Shown here piece by piece: positions 34,987 to 44,965 of a stretch of DNA of 64,000 nt (the stretch's first letter is position 1; each line of letters opens with the position of its first letter). Below the pieces are notes generated by a model. That model was given only the letters and a program-made list of their open reading frames with translations. It made no database searches and was not told the DNA's origin. The translations under genes and the position numbers were made by a program. The stretch lies in the NCBI GenBank assembly GCA_020632715.1, contig JACKFA010000007.1, positions 14,462 to 78,461 on the forward strand. Reading direction: 5' to 3'. The stretch comes from Deltaproteobacteria bacterium (GTDB lineage: Bacteria > Myxococcota_A > UBA9042 > PHBI01).

Positions 34987-35164
34987 GACAGTCCCCGGGG
35001 ACTGTTGGTCTGGGGTGACCGGGGACTTCGTGTCGGCCGTGGCCCATCCGCACCCGTGGGGAACAGTCCCCGGGGACTGTTGGTCTGGGGTGACCGGGGA
35101 CTTCGTGCCGGCCGTGGCCCATCTCAGTCCGCACGCGAGGGGGGCGACAGTCCCCGGGGACTGT
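34987..35164. promoter_or_regulatory. Three further copies of the ACAGTCCCCGGGGACTGT palindrome; the first two sit in a 66-bp tandem repeat
   Basis: Sites at 34987..35005, 35063..35080 and 35146..35164. The last lies 60 bp upstream of the AI-2E transporter ATG. Confidence 0.45.
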
Positions 35165-35224
35165 TCGCCCGGGGGGGCTTCGTGCCCAATTGTGGGCGGG
35201 GGATTCCTCGGGCATGGTCTCTTC

Positions 35225-36301
35225 ATGGTTGAGCCCGAGAAACCGCGTACGCCGACGCAGACCTACTTCCTCGGCTTCATCGCCTTCGTGGTGCTCGCGG
35301 CCGTCCTGTATTACGCGCGGCCGGTGGTGCTGCCCGTCGTGGTGGCCTTGTTCCTCGCCGTGCTCGTGCGGCCGCTGCATCGGCGCCTGAAGCGCGTGGT
35401 GCCGAGCTCCGTCAGCCTGGCCCTCGTCAGCCTCGCCGTGGGGCTCTTGCTCGTCGCCATCCCGGCCGCCTTCGCCGCCAACATCGACGCCATCCTCGCC
35501 AAGCTCCCCGACTACGCCCCTCGCATCCACGCCATCGTCGAGGACGTCCACGACTTCGCCCTCCGCCTCGGCGTCGACATCGCCCAGCTCGACCTCGACC
35601 CCGTCGCCTCCCTCAAGGACTTCGGCCTCGACGCGCTCACGAGCGGCGTCACCTTCTTCGGCAACGTCGTCCTCATCCTCTTCACCATGCTCTTCATCCT
35701 CTCCGAGGCCGAGATCTTCCGCGACAAGCTCGCCGTCGCCTTCAACCCCTCCAACGAGGCGCGCCTCATCGCCTCCGTCGTCTCCGTCCGCGCCCTCATC
35801 ACGCAGTACGTCGCCACGAAGACCCTCATCGCCTTCCTCTCCGGGCTCGCCGCCGGCGCCGTCACGCTCGCCCTCGGCGTGGACTTCCCCTTCGTCTGGG
35901 GCGTCCTCACCTTCATGCTCTACTACATCCCCAACGTCGGCTCGATGCTGGCCGTGATCCCGCCCTTCCTGCTCGCGATCATCCAGTTCGACGGCCCGAC
36001 CCGCGCGCTCGTGCTCCTCGCCGTCCTCATCGTCGTCTTCAACCTCGTCGGCAACGTGCTCGAGCCGCGCCTCATGGGGCGCACCCTCTCCCTCTCGCCC
36101 CTCATCGTCTTCGTGTCCCTCATCTTCTGGGGCTGGTTCTGGGGCTTCGTCGGCGTCGTCCTCGCCGTCCCCCTCACCGTCGTCACGAAGATCCTCTGCG
36201 AGCACATCGAGGTGCTCCGCCCCGTCGCCGTGCTCATGAGCAACAGCGTCGACGACCACCGCGGCGGACCACCCCCGCCGGCCGCCCCGCCGCGCCGCTG
36301 A
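35225..36301 (+). CDS. AI-2E family (PerM/UPF0118) transporter
   Basis: Eight TM helices with the family's characteristic C-terminal ..FWGWFWGFVGVVLAVPLT.. region. The upstream 209 codons of the tracked ORF are rejected. Confidence 0.75.
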   Translation: MVEPEKPRTPTQTYFLGFIAFVVLAAVLYYARPVVLPVVVALFLAVLVRPLHRRLKRVVPSSVSLALVSLAVGLLLVAIPAAFAANIDAILAKLPDYAPRIHAIVEDVHDFALRLGVDIAQLDLDPVASLKDFGLDALTSGVTFFGNVVLILFTMLFILSEAEIFRDKLAVAFNPSNEARLIASVVSVRALITQYVATKTLIAFLSGLAAGAVTLALGVDFPFVWGVLTFMLYYIPNVGSMLAVIPPFLLAIIQFDGPTRALVLLAVLIVVFNLVGNVLEPRLMGRTLSLSPLIVFVSLIFWGWFWGFVGVVLAVPLTVVTKILCEHIEVLRPVAVLMSNSVDDHRGGPPPPAAPPRR

Positions 36302-36323
36302 CGTCCGCGCCGCCTCTCGCCCG

Positions 36324-36824
36324 TCAGTTGTCGGGCGCCCCGGCCGTGATCCACTCGCGCAGCTTCGCGATGCCGCAGTTCACGCTGATCGGCTCCTCGG
36401 CGCCGTTCGGCATGAGCACGCCCTCGTCCGTCTCCATCGTGTCGGAGACCTTCTGCACCATGAAGCTCGCGTCCGGGTCGTTCGGCACCACGAGCAGCTT
36501 CCCGCGCGCCGACGCCTTCTCGTCTTCCGCCAGCACGTTCACGAGCCGCCCGTGGAGCCCCGCCACCGTCTCGAGGTCGAGGTCCGTGTCGCTCGAGCCC
36601 TTCTCGTGGCACGCCGAGAACACGCACGACCGCGCGAAGTAGTTCTCCTGCAGCGACGAGAGCGTCGCCTCCGTCTTGCAGACGGGCGTCGTCTCCCCAG
36701 GCGCCGAGTCGCACGCCGCCGCCCCGAGCGACCCCATCATCACGAGCCCGACCAGCACCGCCGAGAATCCCCTCACGTCCCGCTCCTCTCCGGAATCGTT
36801 CGCCTTCCTCACCGCGCCGCGCAT
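36324..36824 (-). CDS. Lipoprotein with a PSCyt1-like (planctomycete cytochrome c-like) domain in which CxxCH is replaced by C-x4-CH
   Basis: ..GLVMMGSLGAAAC lipobox. ..ENYFARSCVFSACHEKG...LVVPNDPDASFMVQKV...LMP...IAKLREWITAGA.. parallels the PSCyt1 consensus. Heme binding is doubtful. Confidence 0.45.
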   Translation of the reverse strand: MRGAVRKANDSGEERDVRGFSAVLVGLVMMGSLGAAACDSAPGETTPVCKTEATLSSLQENYFARSCVFSACHEKGSSDTDLDLETVAGLHGRLVNVLAEDEKASARGKLLVVPNDPDASFMVQKVSDTMETDEGVLMPNGAEEPISVNCGIAKLREWITAGAPDN

Positions 36825-36977
36825 CCCGCATCGCAACAAGGGCTCAGCGCCGCACCGTATCGGCCCGCGCGCCTCGACTCAATCTGAAATCTTCGCACTT
36901 GCACAATGCCCCGGCCGCCGCGCGCGCCGACCGACGCGTGACGGCGCGCCGAGGGTCGGCGCCCCCGAGCCCGCTCT

Positions 36978-38204
36978 TCAGAGGAACTGGTTCAGGTAGT
37001 CGCACACCCAGTGGCCCGGGCAGCACACCTGGTCGCCCGCGACGCCGTTGCCGATGTTCCCCGGGCTCACGCAGAGCCGGTAGCCCTGCGACGGGTAGTA
37101 GTAGGCCCAGAAGAAGCACATCTCGGCGTTCGCGCTCTCACCGAAGCGCACCGTGTGGTTCGACGTGTTCTCCCACGTGCACCGGTAGCGGAAGCCCTGC
37201 CCCTCGCTGAACGTGAGCGGCGGGTCGTAGGTCGACACGGGCGGCTCCTCCCAGTCGAACTTCACGCCCTCGTCGGGGTAGACGGAGGTGCCCTCGTCCT
37301 CGGCGTCGGTCGCGTAGGAGACCTCGACGTTCTTGCCGTACGCGTGCTCGTGGCCCGTCAGGGCGAAGACCTTGCTCCCGGCCGGCACGTCGAGGAAGCG
37401 CCACGGCGTCGTGAGCGTCTGCCCGGCCGGGATCTCGAAGTCGGGGTTGCCGTAGAAGAGGAGGTTCGCCTCGTCGGTCACGCGGTCGGCGGCGATGGCG
37501 TCGAAGTGGATGTCGCCGTGGGCCGTGATGCTCTCGGGGAAGTAGTTCAGGTAGTGCGCCTCGATGCGGATCATCTGGTGCGGCGCGAACTTGAAGGCGA
37601 CCCCCGGCGGGAACGTGAGCGTCTCCTCGCGGATCTGCGTGATCATGAGCGGGTACGTCGTGCCCTTCAGCGTCGAGACGAACGGGTCGCAGTTGAACGG
37701 CGTCGTCCGCTCCTCGGTCTCGTCCGACACGTAGATGATCATGTGGTGCGAGCCCTTGGCGAGCTCGGTGCGGATCTGCGAGACCCAGAGGTCGTCCTCG
37801 TTGTCGAGGCGGCGCACCACGCACTTCGTGACCTCGCGCCCCGGGTCCATCTGCCAGTCGCCGATGAACGTCGACGAGGTGCCCACGATCGGCGGCGGCT
37901 CGAGCGGCGTCGTGTCGACCGGCGTCGCCGTGTCCTCGGGCGTCGTCGTGGTCGCGTCCTCCGGGCTCGTCGTGGTCGCGTCCTCCGGCGGGGCCGTGGT
38001 CGTCGCGTCCTCGGGGGCCGTCGTCGTGCCGGTGGCGTCGTCCCCCGGGGTCGTCGTCGTCGCGACGTCGTCGCCGGTCGCGTCGTCGCCGCCGACCGCG
38101 TCGACCGCGCCGGTCGCGCCGTCTTGGGTGCCGCTCCCGCCGCTGTCGCAAGCGCCGAAGGAGACCAGGGACAAGACCATGAGCGGGGCCAGAACACGTG
38201 TCAT
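36978..38204 (-). CDS. Secreted lipoprotein with a PHM/DBH-like copper type II ascorbate-dependent monooxygenase fold
   Basis: Lipobox ..LVSFGAC and a T/D/P-rich linker. ..KGSHHMIIYVSDE.. gives the CuH HHM motif. ..LTGHEHAYGKN.. (HxH) and ..NAEMCFFWAYYYP.. give the CuM site with its Met. Confidence 0.55.
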   Translation of the reverse strand: MTRVLAPLMVLSLVSFGACDSGGSGTQDGATGAVDAVGGDDATGDDVATTTTPGDDATGTTTAPEDATTTAPPEDATTTSPEDATTTTPEDTATPVDTTPLEPPPIVGTSSTFIGDWQMDPGREVTKCVVRRLDNEDDLWVSQIRTELAKGSHHMIIYVSDETEERTTPFNCDPFVSTLKGTTYPLMITQIREETLTFPPGVAFKFAPHQMIRIEAHYLNYFPESITAHGDIHFDAIAADRVTDEANLLFYGNPDFEIPAGQTLTTPWRFLDVPAGSKVFALTGHEHAYGKNVEVSYATDAEDEGTSVYPDEGVKFDWEEPPVSTYDPPLTFSEGQGFRYRCTWENTSNHTVRFGESANAEMCFFWAYYYPSQGYRLCVSPGNIGNGVAGDQVCCPGHWVCDYLNQFL

Positions 38205-38331
38205 GGCCGGCACTTTGGCATAGGCCAAACCCCCGCTTCAAGCGCCAAAGCGGCGCCAGCGGTTCTCGCTTCGAAACTCCGGACGAGGCATAGTAGCGCG
38301 GCCCCTGCCCCGCCGAAGGAGTCCGTGCCCG

Positions 38332-41300
38332 ATGTGTCGCCGCGCTCGCCTGGCCGTCTTCGCGCCCCTCGCCCTGCTCTCGCTCCTGCTCGTCCCGGCC
38401 TGCGCCGACGACGCCACCACCGGCGGCGTGGACGTCGCCGACGGGATCCTCGAGCCCGACACCCTCGTCGTCGACACGAGCGTCCCCGCGGACACGATCG
38501 TCGTCATCGACACGAGCGCCGACACCGCGGGGCCGGTCGACACGGGCGGCGGGAGCGACGTCGAGGGCGGCTTCGGCGCGCCCTGCCAGGGCAACGTCGA
38601 CTGCCTCGACGGCTTCTGCGTCGAGGGGGAGGAGGGCTTCTTCTGCACGAAGATCTGCGAGGAGAGCTGCCCCGACGGCATGGACTGCAAGTCGGTCCTC
38701 ACGGCGGGCGCCGACCCGGTCTTCCTGTGCCTGCCGCGCCTCGCGAAGGTGTGCGTGCCCTGCAAGAGCGACTTCCAGTGCACGGGCGGCGCGTGCCTCG
38801 AGATCGACGGCGCGGGGCAGTGCGCGATCAGCTGCGAGGGCGCCGGCGACTGCCCGACCGGCTACGACTGCGCCGCCGACCCGGCGGGCGTCCGGAGCGG
38901 CGACTTCTGCCAGCCGCGCTCCGGGAGCTGCGACTGCACGCCGGAGCTCGACGGCGCGCAGCGCACGTGCGTCGTAGCGAACGACGTCGGCACCTGCTAC
39001 GGCGTCGAGACGTGCGACGCCGAGACGGGCTGGGGCGGCTGCAACGCGCGCACGCCGGCCGAGGACCTGTGCGACGGGCTCGACAACGACTGCAACGGCC
39101 TCGTCGACGACGGCGTCGAGGACGGCGGCGCCTGCAACAAGACGATCGCGGGCGTCGGCACCTGTCACGGCGTCGAGGTCTGCCTCGGGCCGCAGGGGCT
39201 CGTCTGCAGCGCGCCGACCCCGGAGGCGGAGACCTGCGACTTCAAGGACAACGACTGCGATGGCGGCGTCGACGAGGACTTCAAGGACGCCTCGGGCGAG
39301 TGGACGACGACCGCCAACTGCGGCACGTGCGGCAACGACTGCAGCACCAAGATCCCGCACGGCGTGGGCCGCTGCGAGGCCGTCGGGCAGGGGTCGCCGG
39401 TGTGCGTGGTCGACCACTGCGACGCCGACTACGTCGCCATCAACCAGTTCCAGTGCTCGCTCCCGCCCGACGTCTCGTGCCAGCCGTGCGCCGGCGACGA
39501 CGACTGCTTCGGCGGCTCCTGCGTGGACCTCGACGGGCAGCGCGTGTGCGTCTCGCCGTGCGGCGGGGCGGCGCGCTCCTGCGGCGACGGCTACGCGTGT
39601 CAGGCGGTCGGGAGCGGCGGGGAGCGCTGCCTGCCGGTGACGGGCTCGTGCGTGTGCAACGCGACGACGGACGGGCAGGCGCGGGCGTGCGTGCGGACGA
39701 ACGCGGCGGGGACGTGCTTCGGGCAGGAGGTCTGCGACGCGATGTCCGGCTGGAGCGGGTGCAACGCGCGGGAGCCGGCGGCCGAGGTGTGCGACGGGGT
39801 CGACAACGACTGCAACGGCGTCGCGGACGACGGCGTCGTGCCGCCGACGGAGCCGTGCGAGAACGCGGTCGCGGGCGTCGGGACCTGCACGGGGACGTGG
39901 TTCTGCGCGAGCAATGGCGCGGGCGGGGTGGCCTGGACCTGCAACGCGGCGACGCCGGAGCCCGAGGTGTGCGACTTCCGCGACAACGACTGCGACGGGC
40001 AGGTCGACGAGGGCTACAAGGACCAGGCGACGGGCGTCTACGGCGCCGACGACGCCTGCGGCTCGTGCGGGGTCTCGTGCGACACGGCCGTGCCGCACGC
40101 GAGCGCGGGGTGCCTCGTGGGCGCGGGCGTCGCGCGCTGCGAGGTGCTCGAGTGCGACCCGGGCTACTACCAGGCGGGGCCGCTCACGTGCCTGCCGGTG
40201 ACGGAGGACCTGTGCACGCCGTGCGCGACGGACGCGCAGTGCCCGACGCCGGGGGACCGCTGCCTCGACCTCGACGGCGGGCGCTTCTGCGGGCGCGACT
40301 GCGGCGCGACGAACCTGCACGGGACGGCGGCGGGCGTGTGCCCGAGCGGGTTCGCGTGCCAGGCCGTCCTCGGCGGGGCGGACCAGTGCGTGCCGGCGAC
40401 GGGGAGCTGCAGCTGCCTCGCGGGGGACGTGGGGGAGCAGCGGACGTGCATCCGGTCGAATGCGCTCGGGACGTGCTACGGGCAGGAGACGTGCGCGGCG
40501 GGCGGGTGGTCGAGCTGCACCGTGACGGCGCCGGTCGCGGAGGTGTGCAACGGCAGGGACGACGACTGCAACAGCGCGATCGACGACGTGGCCGGCCGCG
40601 GGCAGGCGTGCAGCATCACGAACGCGAACGGGACGTGCCCGGGGGTGAAGGACTGCCCGGCGAGCGGGGCGGCGCTCGTGTGCGTCGGGAAGACGCCGGC
40701 CGCGGAGAGCTGCAACTACGCGGACGACGACTGCAACGGCGTCGCCGACGACCCGTGGGCGGCGACGCTGTTCCAGTCGTGCTCGAAGGGGCAGGGGGTG
40801 TGTCAGCGGTTCGGCTTCATGGCGTGCAAGGCCGACGGGAGCGGCGTCGAGTGCAACGCGCAGCCGGGGCCGCAGGGGGAGGAGATCTGCGACGGCCTCG
40901 ACAACGACTGCGACGGGGAGACCGACGAGGGCCCGTGGGATGAGAAGGGGCAGCCGTGCACGGCGGGGCTCGGCGTGTGCCAGGTGACGGGCGTCAAGGT
41001 GTGCAGCCCCGACGGGGCGACGCTCGTGTGCTCGGCGACGCCGCCGGCGCCTGGCACGAGCGACCCGTGCGATGGGCTCGACAACGACTGCAACGGCGTC
41101 GTCGACGACGCGTTCGCCGCGCAGAAGGGGGCGGTCTGCTCGAACGGGCAGGGCGTGTGCAAGGCGTTCGGCAACCTCGTGTGCGGGAACGGGGGCGCGA
41201 GCTTGGTCTGCAACGCCACGGAGGGCACGGGGACGCCCGAGGTGTGCGATCTCGTCGACAACGACTGCGACGGCGCGACGGACAACGGCTTCCAGGTCGG

Positions 41301-43137
41301 CGGGCGCTACGTGAGCCCGACGGCGTGCGGCAACTGCTTCACGAACTGCGAGGCGATCTTCGGCGTCGGCGGCGGCTACGGGACGTGCAACACGACGCCG
41401 CCGCTGCCGGTGTGCGCGCTGAAGTGCTGCCGCGCGGGGGACACGAGCCATGGGTGCGACGGCGGCAACTACTTCGACCTGAACGGCGTGCCGGGCGACG
41501 GGTGCGAGTTCGTGGTCGACACGACGGCGGTCTACGTGGCGACGACGGACTCGGGGGCGGTCGACGACGGGACGTGCGGGCTCGCGCCGACGGTGACGGG
41601 GCTCGGGCACCCGTGCAAGAGCATCACGAAGGGGATCGCGCGGGCGGCGGCGCTGTCGCGGGGGAAGGTGCTGGTCGCGAGCGGGCAGTACACGGAGACG
41701 GTGACGGTGGTGGACGGCGTGTCGCTCTACGGCGGCTACAGCGCGCAGACGTGGCAGCGGGCGACGGACCTGTTCCTGACGGCGGTGACGGGGAACACGG
41801 CGAGCGGGCACCGCGTGACGCTCAACGCGACCGACATCACGACGAAGAACACGGTGGTCGACGGCTTCACGATCTACGGGCAGACGGCCACGGGCGTGGC
41901 CGAGAACAGCTACGCGGTGCTCGCGCGGCGCTCGAACCAGCGGCTCACGCTCACGCACAACGTGGTGTGGGCGGGGGCGGGCGGCCCGGGCGACAGCGGG
42001 ACGCGCGGCGGGGACGGCACGAACGGCGGCGGCGGCGGCGCGGGGCACGTGGCGTTCGAGGCGGTCGGCTCGGGCTCCCCGTACTACTGCTGGCGGACGT
42101 GCAACGCGGCCGGCGCCTCGAACGCGGGCGGCAACGGCGGCACGAACGGCTCGTGCAGCGCCGCGAACGGCGGCAAGGGCGGGACGGGCGACTGCCCGGA
42201 CTACAACAACAGCGTCGACACCTGCATCAACTGGACGTTGACGTCCTTGCAGACGCAGACCACCAAGGGCGTCAACGGGCAGGGCGCGAGCCCGGGCGCG
42301 GGCGGTGTGGGCGGCTGTGATAGCCTCATCGACCCCTACGCCCTCGACGGCACGTGCGACTGCAAGCCGGCGGAGTTCGACGCGGCGCAGTGCCCGAACG
42401 GCACGTTCTCGGCGGCGGGCACCGACGGCGGCAAGGGCTCGTCGGGCTCGGCGGGGACGCGCTGCAGCACGCCGGCGGGGCAGCTCGTGAGCGGGCACTG
42501 GCAGGGCAACGCGGGGAGCGTCGGCGGGGCGGGCGGCGCGGGCTCGGGCGGCGGTGGCGGTGGTGCCGGCGGCGGCGTCGAGCAGTACAACGACGGCTCG
42601 TGCACGACGGGCGGGTCGGACTTCGGCGGCTCGGGCGGCGGCGGCGGGGCCGGCGGGTGCGGTGGCGGCGGCGGGACGGCCGGGAAGGCCGGCGGCGGGG
42701 CGTTCGGGATCTTCGTGGTGTTCGAGACGAACCCGGGGACGGCGGTACCGGCGATCCGCGACAACACGATCCACACGGGCTACGGCGGCGTCGGCGGGCG
42801 CGGCGGCGAGGCCGGGACGCCGGGGACGGGCGGCTCGGGCGGCGGCGGCGGCGGCGGCGGCGTGTCGGGGACGAACTACTGGTGCGCGAGCCCGGGGTCG
42901 AAGGGCGGCGAGGGCGGCGACGGCGGCCCGGGCGGCGGCGGCGGCGGCGGGTGTGGCGGCGCGAGCTACGGCGTGTGGGTCGGCGGCCCGTACACGGCGT
43001 CGAACCTGAGCGGCTGGACGAACGCGGTGACGCTCGACGGCGCGGGTGGCGCGGGCGGCCCCGGCGGGCAGACGACGGCGGGCGGCAACAAGGGCCAGGA
43101 CGGCCTCGCGGGGACGCACGCGCTGAAGAACTACTGA
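38332..43137 (+). CDS. Giant lipoprotein (1601 aa) with at least nine MopE-type putative metal-binding C-DG-x-DNDC-DG-x-DE repeats, a central beta-helix-like region and a Gly-rich C-terminus
   Basis: MCRRARLAVFAPLALLSLLLVPAC lipobox. Repeats such as LCDGLDNDCNGLVDDG, ICDGLDNDCDGETDEG and VCDLVDNDCDGATDNG. The antisense and other-frame ORFs across this span are rejected. Confidence 0.8.
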   Translation: MCRRARLAVFAPLALLSLLLVPACADDATTGGVDVADGILEPDTLVVDTSVPADTIVVIDTSADTAGPVDTGGGSDVEGGFGAPCQGNVDCLDGFCVEGEEGFFCTKICEESCPDGMDCKSVLTAGADPVFLCLPRLAKVCVPCKSDFQCTGGACLEIDGAGQCAISCEGAGDCPTGYDCAADPAGVRSGDFCQPRSGSCDCTPELDGAQRTCVVANDVGTCYGVETCDAETGWGGCNARTPAEDLCDGLDNDCNGLVDDGVEDGGACNKTIAGVGTCHGVEVCLGPQGLVCSAPTPEAETCDFKDNDCDGGVDEDFKDASGEWTTTANCGTCGNDCSTKIPHGVGRCEAVGQGSPVCVVDHCDADYVAINQFQCSLPPDVSCQPCAGDDDCFGGSCVDLDGQRVCVSPCGGAARSCGDGYACQAVGSGGERCLPVTGSCVCNATTDGQARACVRTNAAGTCFGQEVCDAMSGWSGCNAREPAAEVCDGVDNDCNGVADDGVVPPTEPCENAVAGVGTCTGTWFCASNGAGGVAWTCNAATPEPEVCDFRDNDCDGQVDEGYKDQATGVYGADDACGSCGVSCDTAVPHASAGCLVGAGVARCEVLECDPGYYQAGPLTCLPVTEDLCTPCATDAQCPTPGDRCLDLDGGRFCGRDCGATNLHGTAAGVCPSGFACQAVLGGADQCVPATGSCSCLAGDVGEQRTCIRSNALGTCYGQETCAAGGWSSCTVTAPVAEVCNGRDDDCNSAIDDVAGRGQACSITNANGTCPGVKDCPASGAALVCVGKTPAAESCNYADDDCNGVADDPWAATLFQSCSKGQGVCQRFGFMACKADGSGVECNAQPGPQGEEICDGLDNDCDGETDEGPWDEKGQPCTAGLGVCQVTGVKVCSPDGATLVCSATPPAPGTSDPCDGLDNDCNGVVDDAFAAQKGAVCSNGQGVCKAFGNLVCGNGGASLVCNATEGTGTPEVCDLVDNDCDGATDNGFQVGGRYVSPTACGNCFTNCEAIFGVGGGYGTCNTTPPLPVCALKCCRAGDTSHGCDGGNYFDLNGVPGDGCEFVVDTTAVYVATTDSGAVDDGTCGLAPTVTGLGHPCKSITKGIARAAALSRGKVLVASGQYTETVTVVDGVSLYGGYSAQTWQRATDLFLTAVTGNTASGHRVTLNATDITTKNTVVDGFTIYGQTATGVAENSYAVLARRSNQRLTLTHNVVWAGAGGPGDSGTRGGDGTNGGGGGAGHVAFEAVGSGSPYYCWRTCNAAGASNAGGNGGTNGSCSAANGGKGGTGDCPDYNNSVDTCINWTLTSLQTQTTKGVNGQGASPGAGGVGGCDSLIDPYALDGTCDCKPAEFDAAQCPNGTFSAAGTDGGKGSSGSAGTRCSTPAGQLVSGHWQGNAGSVGGAGGAGSGGGGGGAGGGVEQYNDGSCTTGGSDFGGSGGGGGAGGCGGGGGTAGKAGGGAFGIFVVFETNPGTAVPAIRDNTIHTGYGGVGGRGGEAGTPGTGGSGGGGGGGGVSGTNYWCASPGSKGGEGGDGGPGGGGGGGCGGASYGVWVGGPYTASNLSGWTNAVTLDGAGGAGGPGGQTTAGGNKGQDGLAGTHALKNY

Positions 43138-43167
43138 GCGGGGGATTGGTATCTAAGTCTCTGTGGT

Positions 43168-43400
43168 GGATAGGTTTTCAACCACGGAGCACGGAGGCAC
43201 GGAGGGTCCGGTGGAGCGACCGGGTCCCTGCCGCGGTCGCACGGCCGGTCCAGTGGGAGACGGTGGGGAGGAAGGGAGGACGATTGCCTCCTCCCCTCCT
43301 CCCCGCCCCGAGCACCACGGAGCGCGAGCCGGAGGCATAAGTCTCCGAATCCACTGGACCCTCCGTGCCTCCGTGCCTCCGTGGTTTCCCTCCACGGACT
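43168..43400. repeat. Second copy of the (CACGGAG)n hairpin element (TTTTCAACCACGGAGCACGGAGGCACGGAGGG ... CCCTCCGTGCCTCCGTGCCTCCGTGGTTTCC)
   Basis: Inverted arms about 170 bp apart. Related to 21140..21545. Confidence 0.45.
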
Positions 43401-43558
43401 TCGCCACGACCCCACAGCGTGTCCTCCGGCCGCGCGGCCACGATGCCGCACGACCCCGGATCGGCACCGCCTCCCGGAATTCGCCCCCGCCCACCTCGTC
43501 GCGATCCACCCGCCCGTGATAATCGTAGAGCACTCACACACGGAGAGAGGAGCTCGCG

Positions 43559-44872
43559 ATGACCACGGACGCGCTGCCGCTGCCGCCCGGATCGGGTGGT
43601 ATGCCCTTGCTCGGTGAGACCCTGCCCATGCTGAAGGACGGCTACGCCTTCGTGCGTGAGCGCGTCGAGCGGCACGGGCCCGTCTTCCGCACGAACGTCC
43701 TCTTCAAGAAGACCGCCGTGCTGGTGGGGCCCGACGCGCTCGGCGCCTTCCTCGACCCGGCGAACGTGACGCGCGTCGGGGGTCTGCCGCCGCACATCGC
43801 CGACCTCTTCGGCAAGGGCGCGATCAACCAGATCGACGGCCCGGTGCACACCGCGCGGAAGACCATCATCCTCGCCGCGCTCGACCGCGCCGCGCTCGAG
43901 TCCTACACGGCGGACGTCGTCGCCATCACGCGCGACCACCTCACGCGCTGGCGCGCGCGCGGCGAGGAGCGCGTCGCCGACGCCGGGAAGCGCCTCGCCA
44001 TCGCGCTCGTCGGCAAGAACATCTTCGATCTCGCCGAGGGGCCCGATCTCGACGCCCTCTACGACGACGTCCAGCTCATCGGCGGCGGCTTCTCGGGGCT
44101 CCCGGTGAACCTCCCGGGCACGGCGTTCAACAAGGCGCTCAAGGCGAAGAAGCGCCTCTTCGCGCGCTACGCGGCCATCGTCGCCGACCACCGCGCGCGG
44201 CCGCGCGAGGACGGGCTCTCGCGCATGCTCGCCGCCGAGGTCGACGGCACGCGCCTCGACGACGAGGCCGTCGTGCGCGAGCTCCACCACCTCCTCCTCG
44301 CCGGCTACATCGTGTGGGGGATGTTCATCGCGGGCCTCCTGCGCCTCGGCGCGGAGCCCGCCCTGGCCGACGCGCTCCGCGCCGAGGTCGGCGCCCTCCC
44401 GGAGGCCCCCGACGCGAGGGCCCTCCTCCACCTCCCAGGGCTCGCCGCGTTCGCGCAGGAGGTGAAGCGGACGACCCCGATGATCCCCATCTTCTTCGGG
44501 GTCGCCGCGCGCGACTTCGAGGTCGCGGGGCACCGGGTCCCGGCTGGTTGGCGCGTGCTCTGGGCGATCCACGCGAGCAACAACAGCGGCGTCTCCGCGT
44601 TCTCCGACCCCTCCCGCTTCGATCCGGCGCGCTTCGGCGAGGCGCGCCGCGAGGACGCCCGCCACCCGCACGCGCTGTCGCCGCAGGGGTCGGGGCCGCC
44701 GACCGGCCACCGGTGCGCAGGCGTGGAGTACTCGACCCTGCTCCTGCACGCGTTCTTCGCCGAGCTCCTGCGCGTCGGGCGCTTCACCGTGCCGGAGCAG
44801 GATCTGCGCACCAACGCCGCCACGATCCCGCCCGAGTACCCGGGCGGGGTGCGCGTGCGCTTCGAAGGGTGA
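43559..44872 (+). CDS. Cytochrome P450
   Basis: Heme-thiolate loop ..FSDPSRFDPARF...LSPQGSGPPTGHRCAGVEY.. and an I-helix ..LLAGYIVWGMF.. The RBS GAGAGAGGAG is directly upstream. Confidence 0.85.
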   Translation: MTTDALPLPPGSGGMPLLGETLPMLKDGYAFVRERVERHGPVFRTNVLFKKTAVLVGPDALGAFLDPANVTRVGGLPPHIADLFGKGAINQIDGPVHTARKTIILAALDRAALESYTADVVAITRDHLTRWRARGEERVADAGKRLAIALVGKNIFDLAEGPDLDALYDDVQLIGGGFSGLPVNLPGTAFNKALKAKKRLFARYAAIVADHRARPREDGLSRMLAAEVDGTRLDDEAVVRELHHLLLAGYIVWGMFIAGLLRLGAEPALADALRAEVGALPEAPDARALLHLPGLAAFAQEVKRTTPMIPIFFGVAARDFEVAGHRVPAGWRVLWAIHASNNSGVSAFSDPSRFDPARFGEARREDARHPHALSPQGSGPPTGHRCAGVEYSTLLLHAFFAELLRVGRFTVPEQDLRTNAATIPPEYPGGVRVRFEG

Positions 44873-44881
44873 CCTCGGGCG

Positions 44882-44910
44882 TGGGGCGGGGAGGGGCGTT
44901 CCGCCCCACC
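44882..44910 (+). terminator. Hairpin GTGGGGCGG-N11-CCGCCCCAC, 10 nt after the P450 stop
   Basis: Seen directly. No T-tract. Confidence 0.3.
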
Positions 44911-44965
44911 TCCTGGCACGGTGCGCTGGTCAAGAGGCGCCTCTCGGCCTTATGCTGGGCGTTGC

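Noticed and set aside
37011-43119. ORFs of 1300-2000 aa on both strands overlapping the giant lipoprotein gene (37011..40943 +, 37138..43119 -), and similar ones across the second Cys-rich gene (49526..52891 -, 49645..50973 -)
   Set aside because: Their translations are Arg/Ala/Gly/Pro/His low-complexity shadows typical of 72% GC DNA. The real frame shows the regular Cys-repeat architecture and a lipobox.
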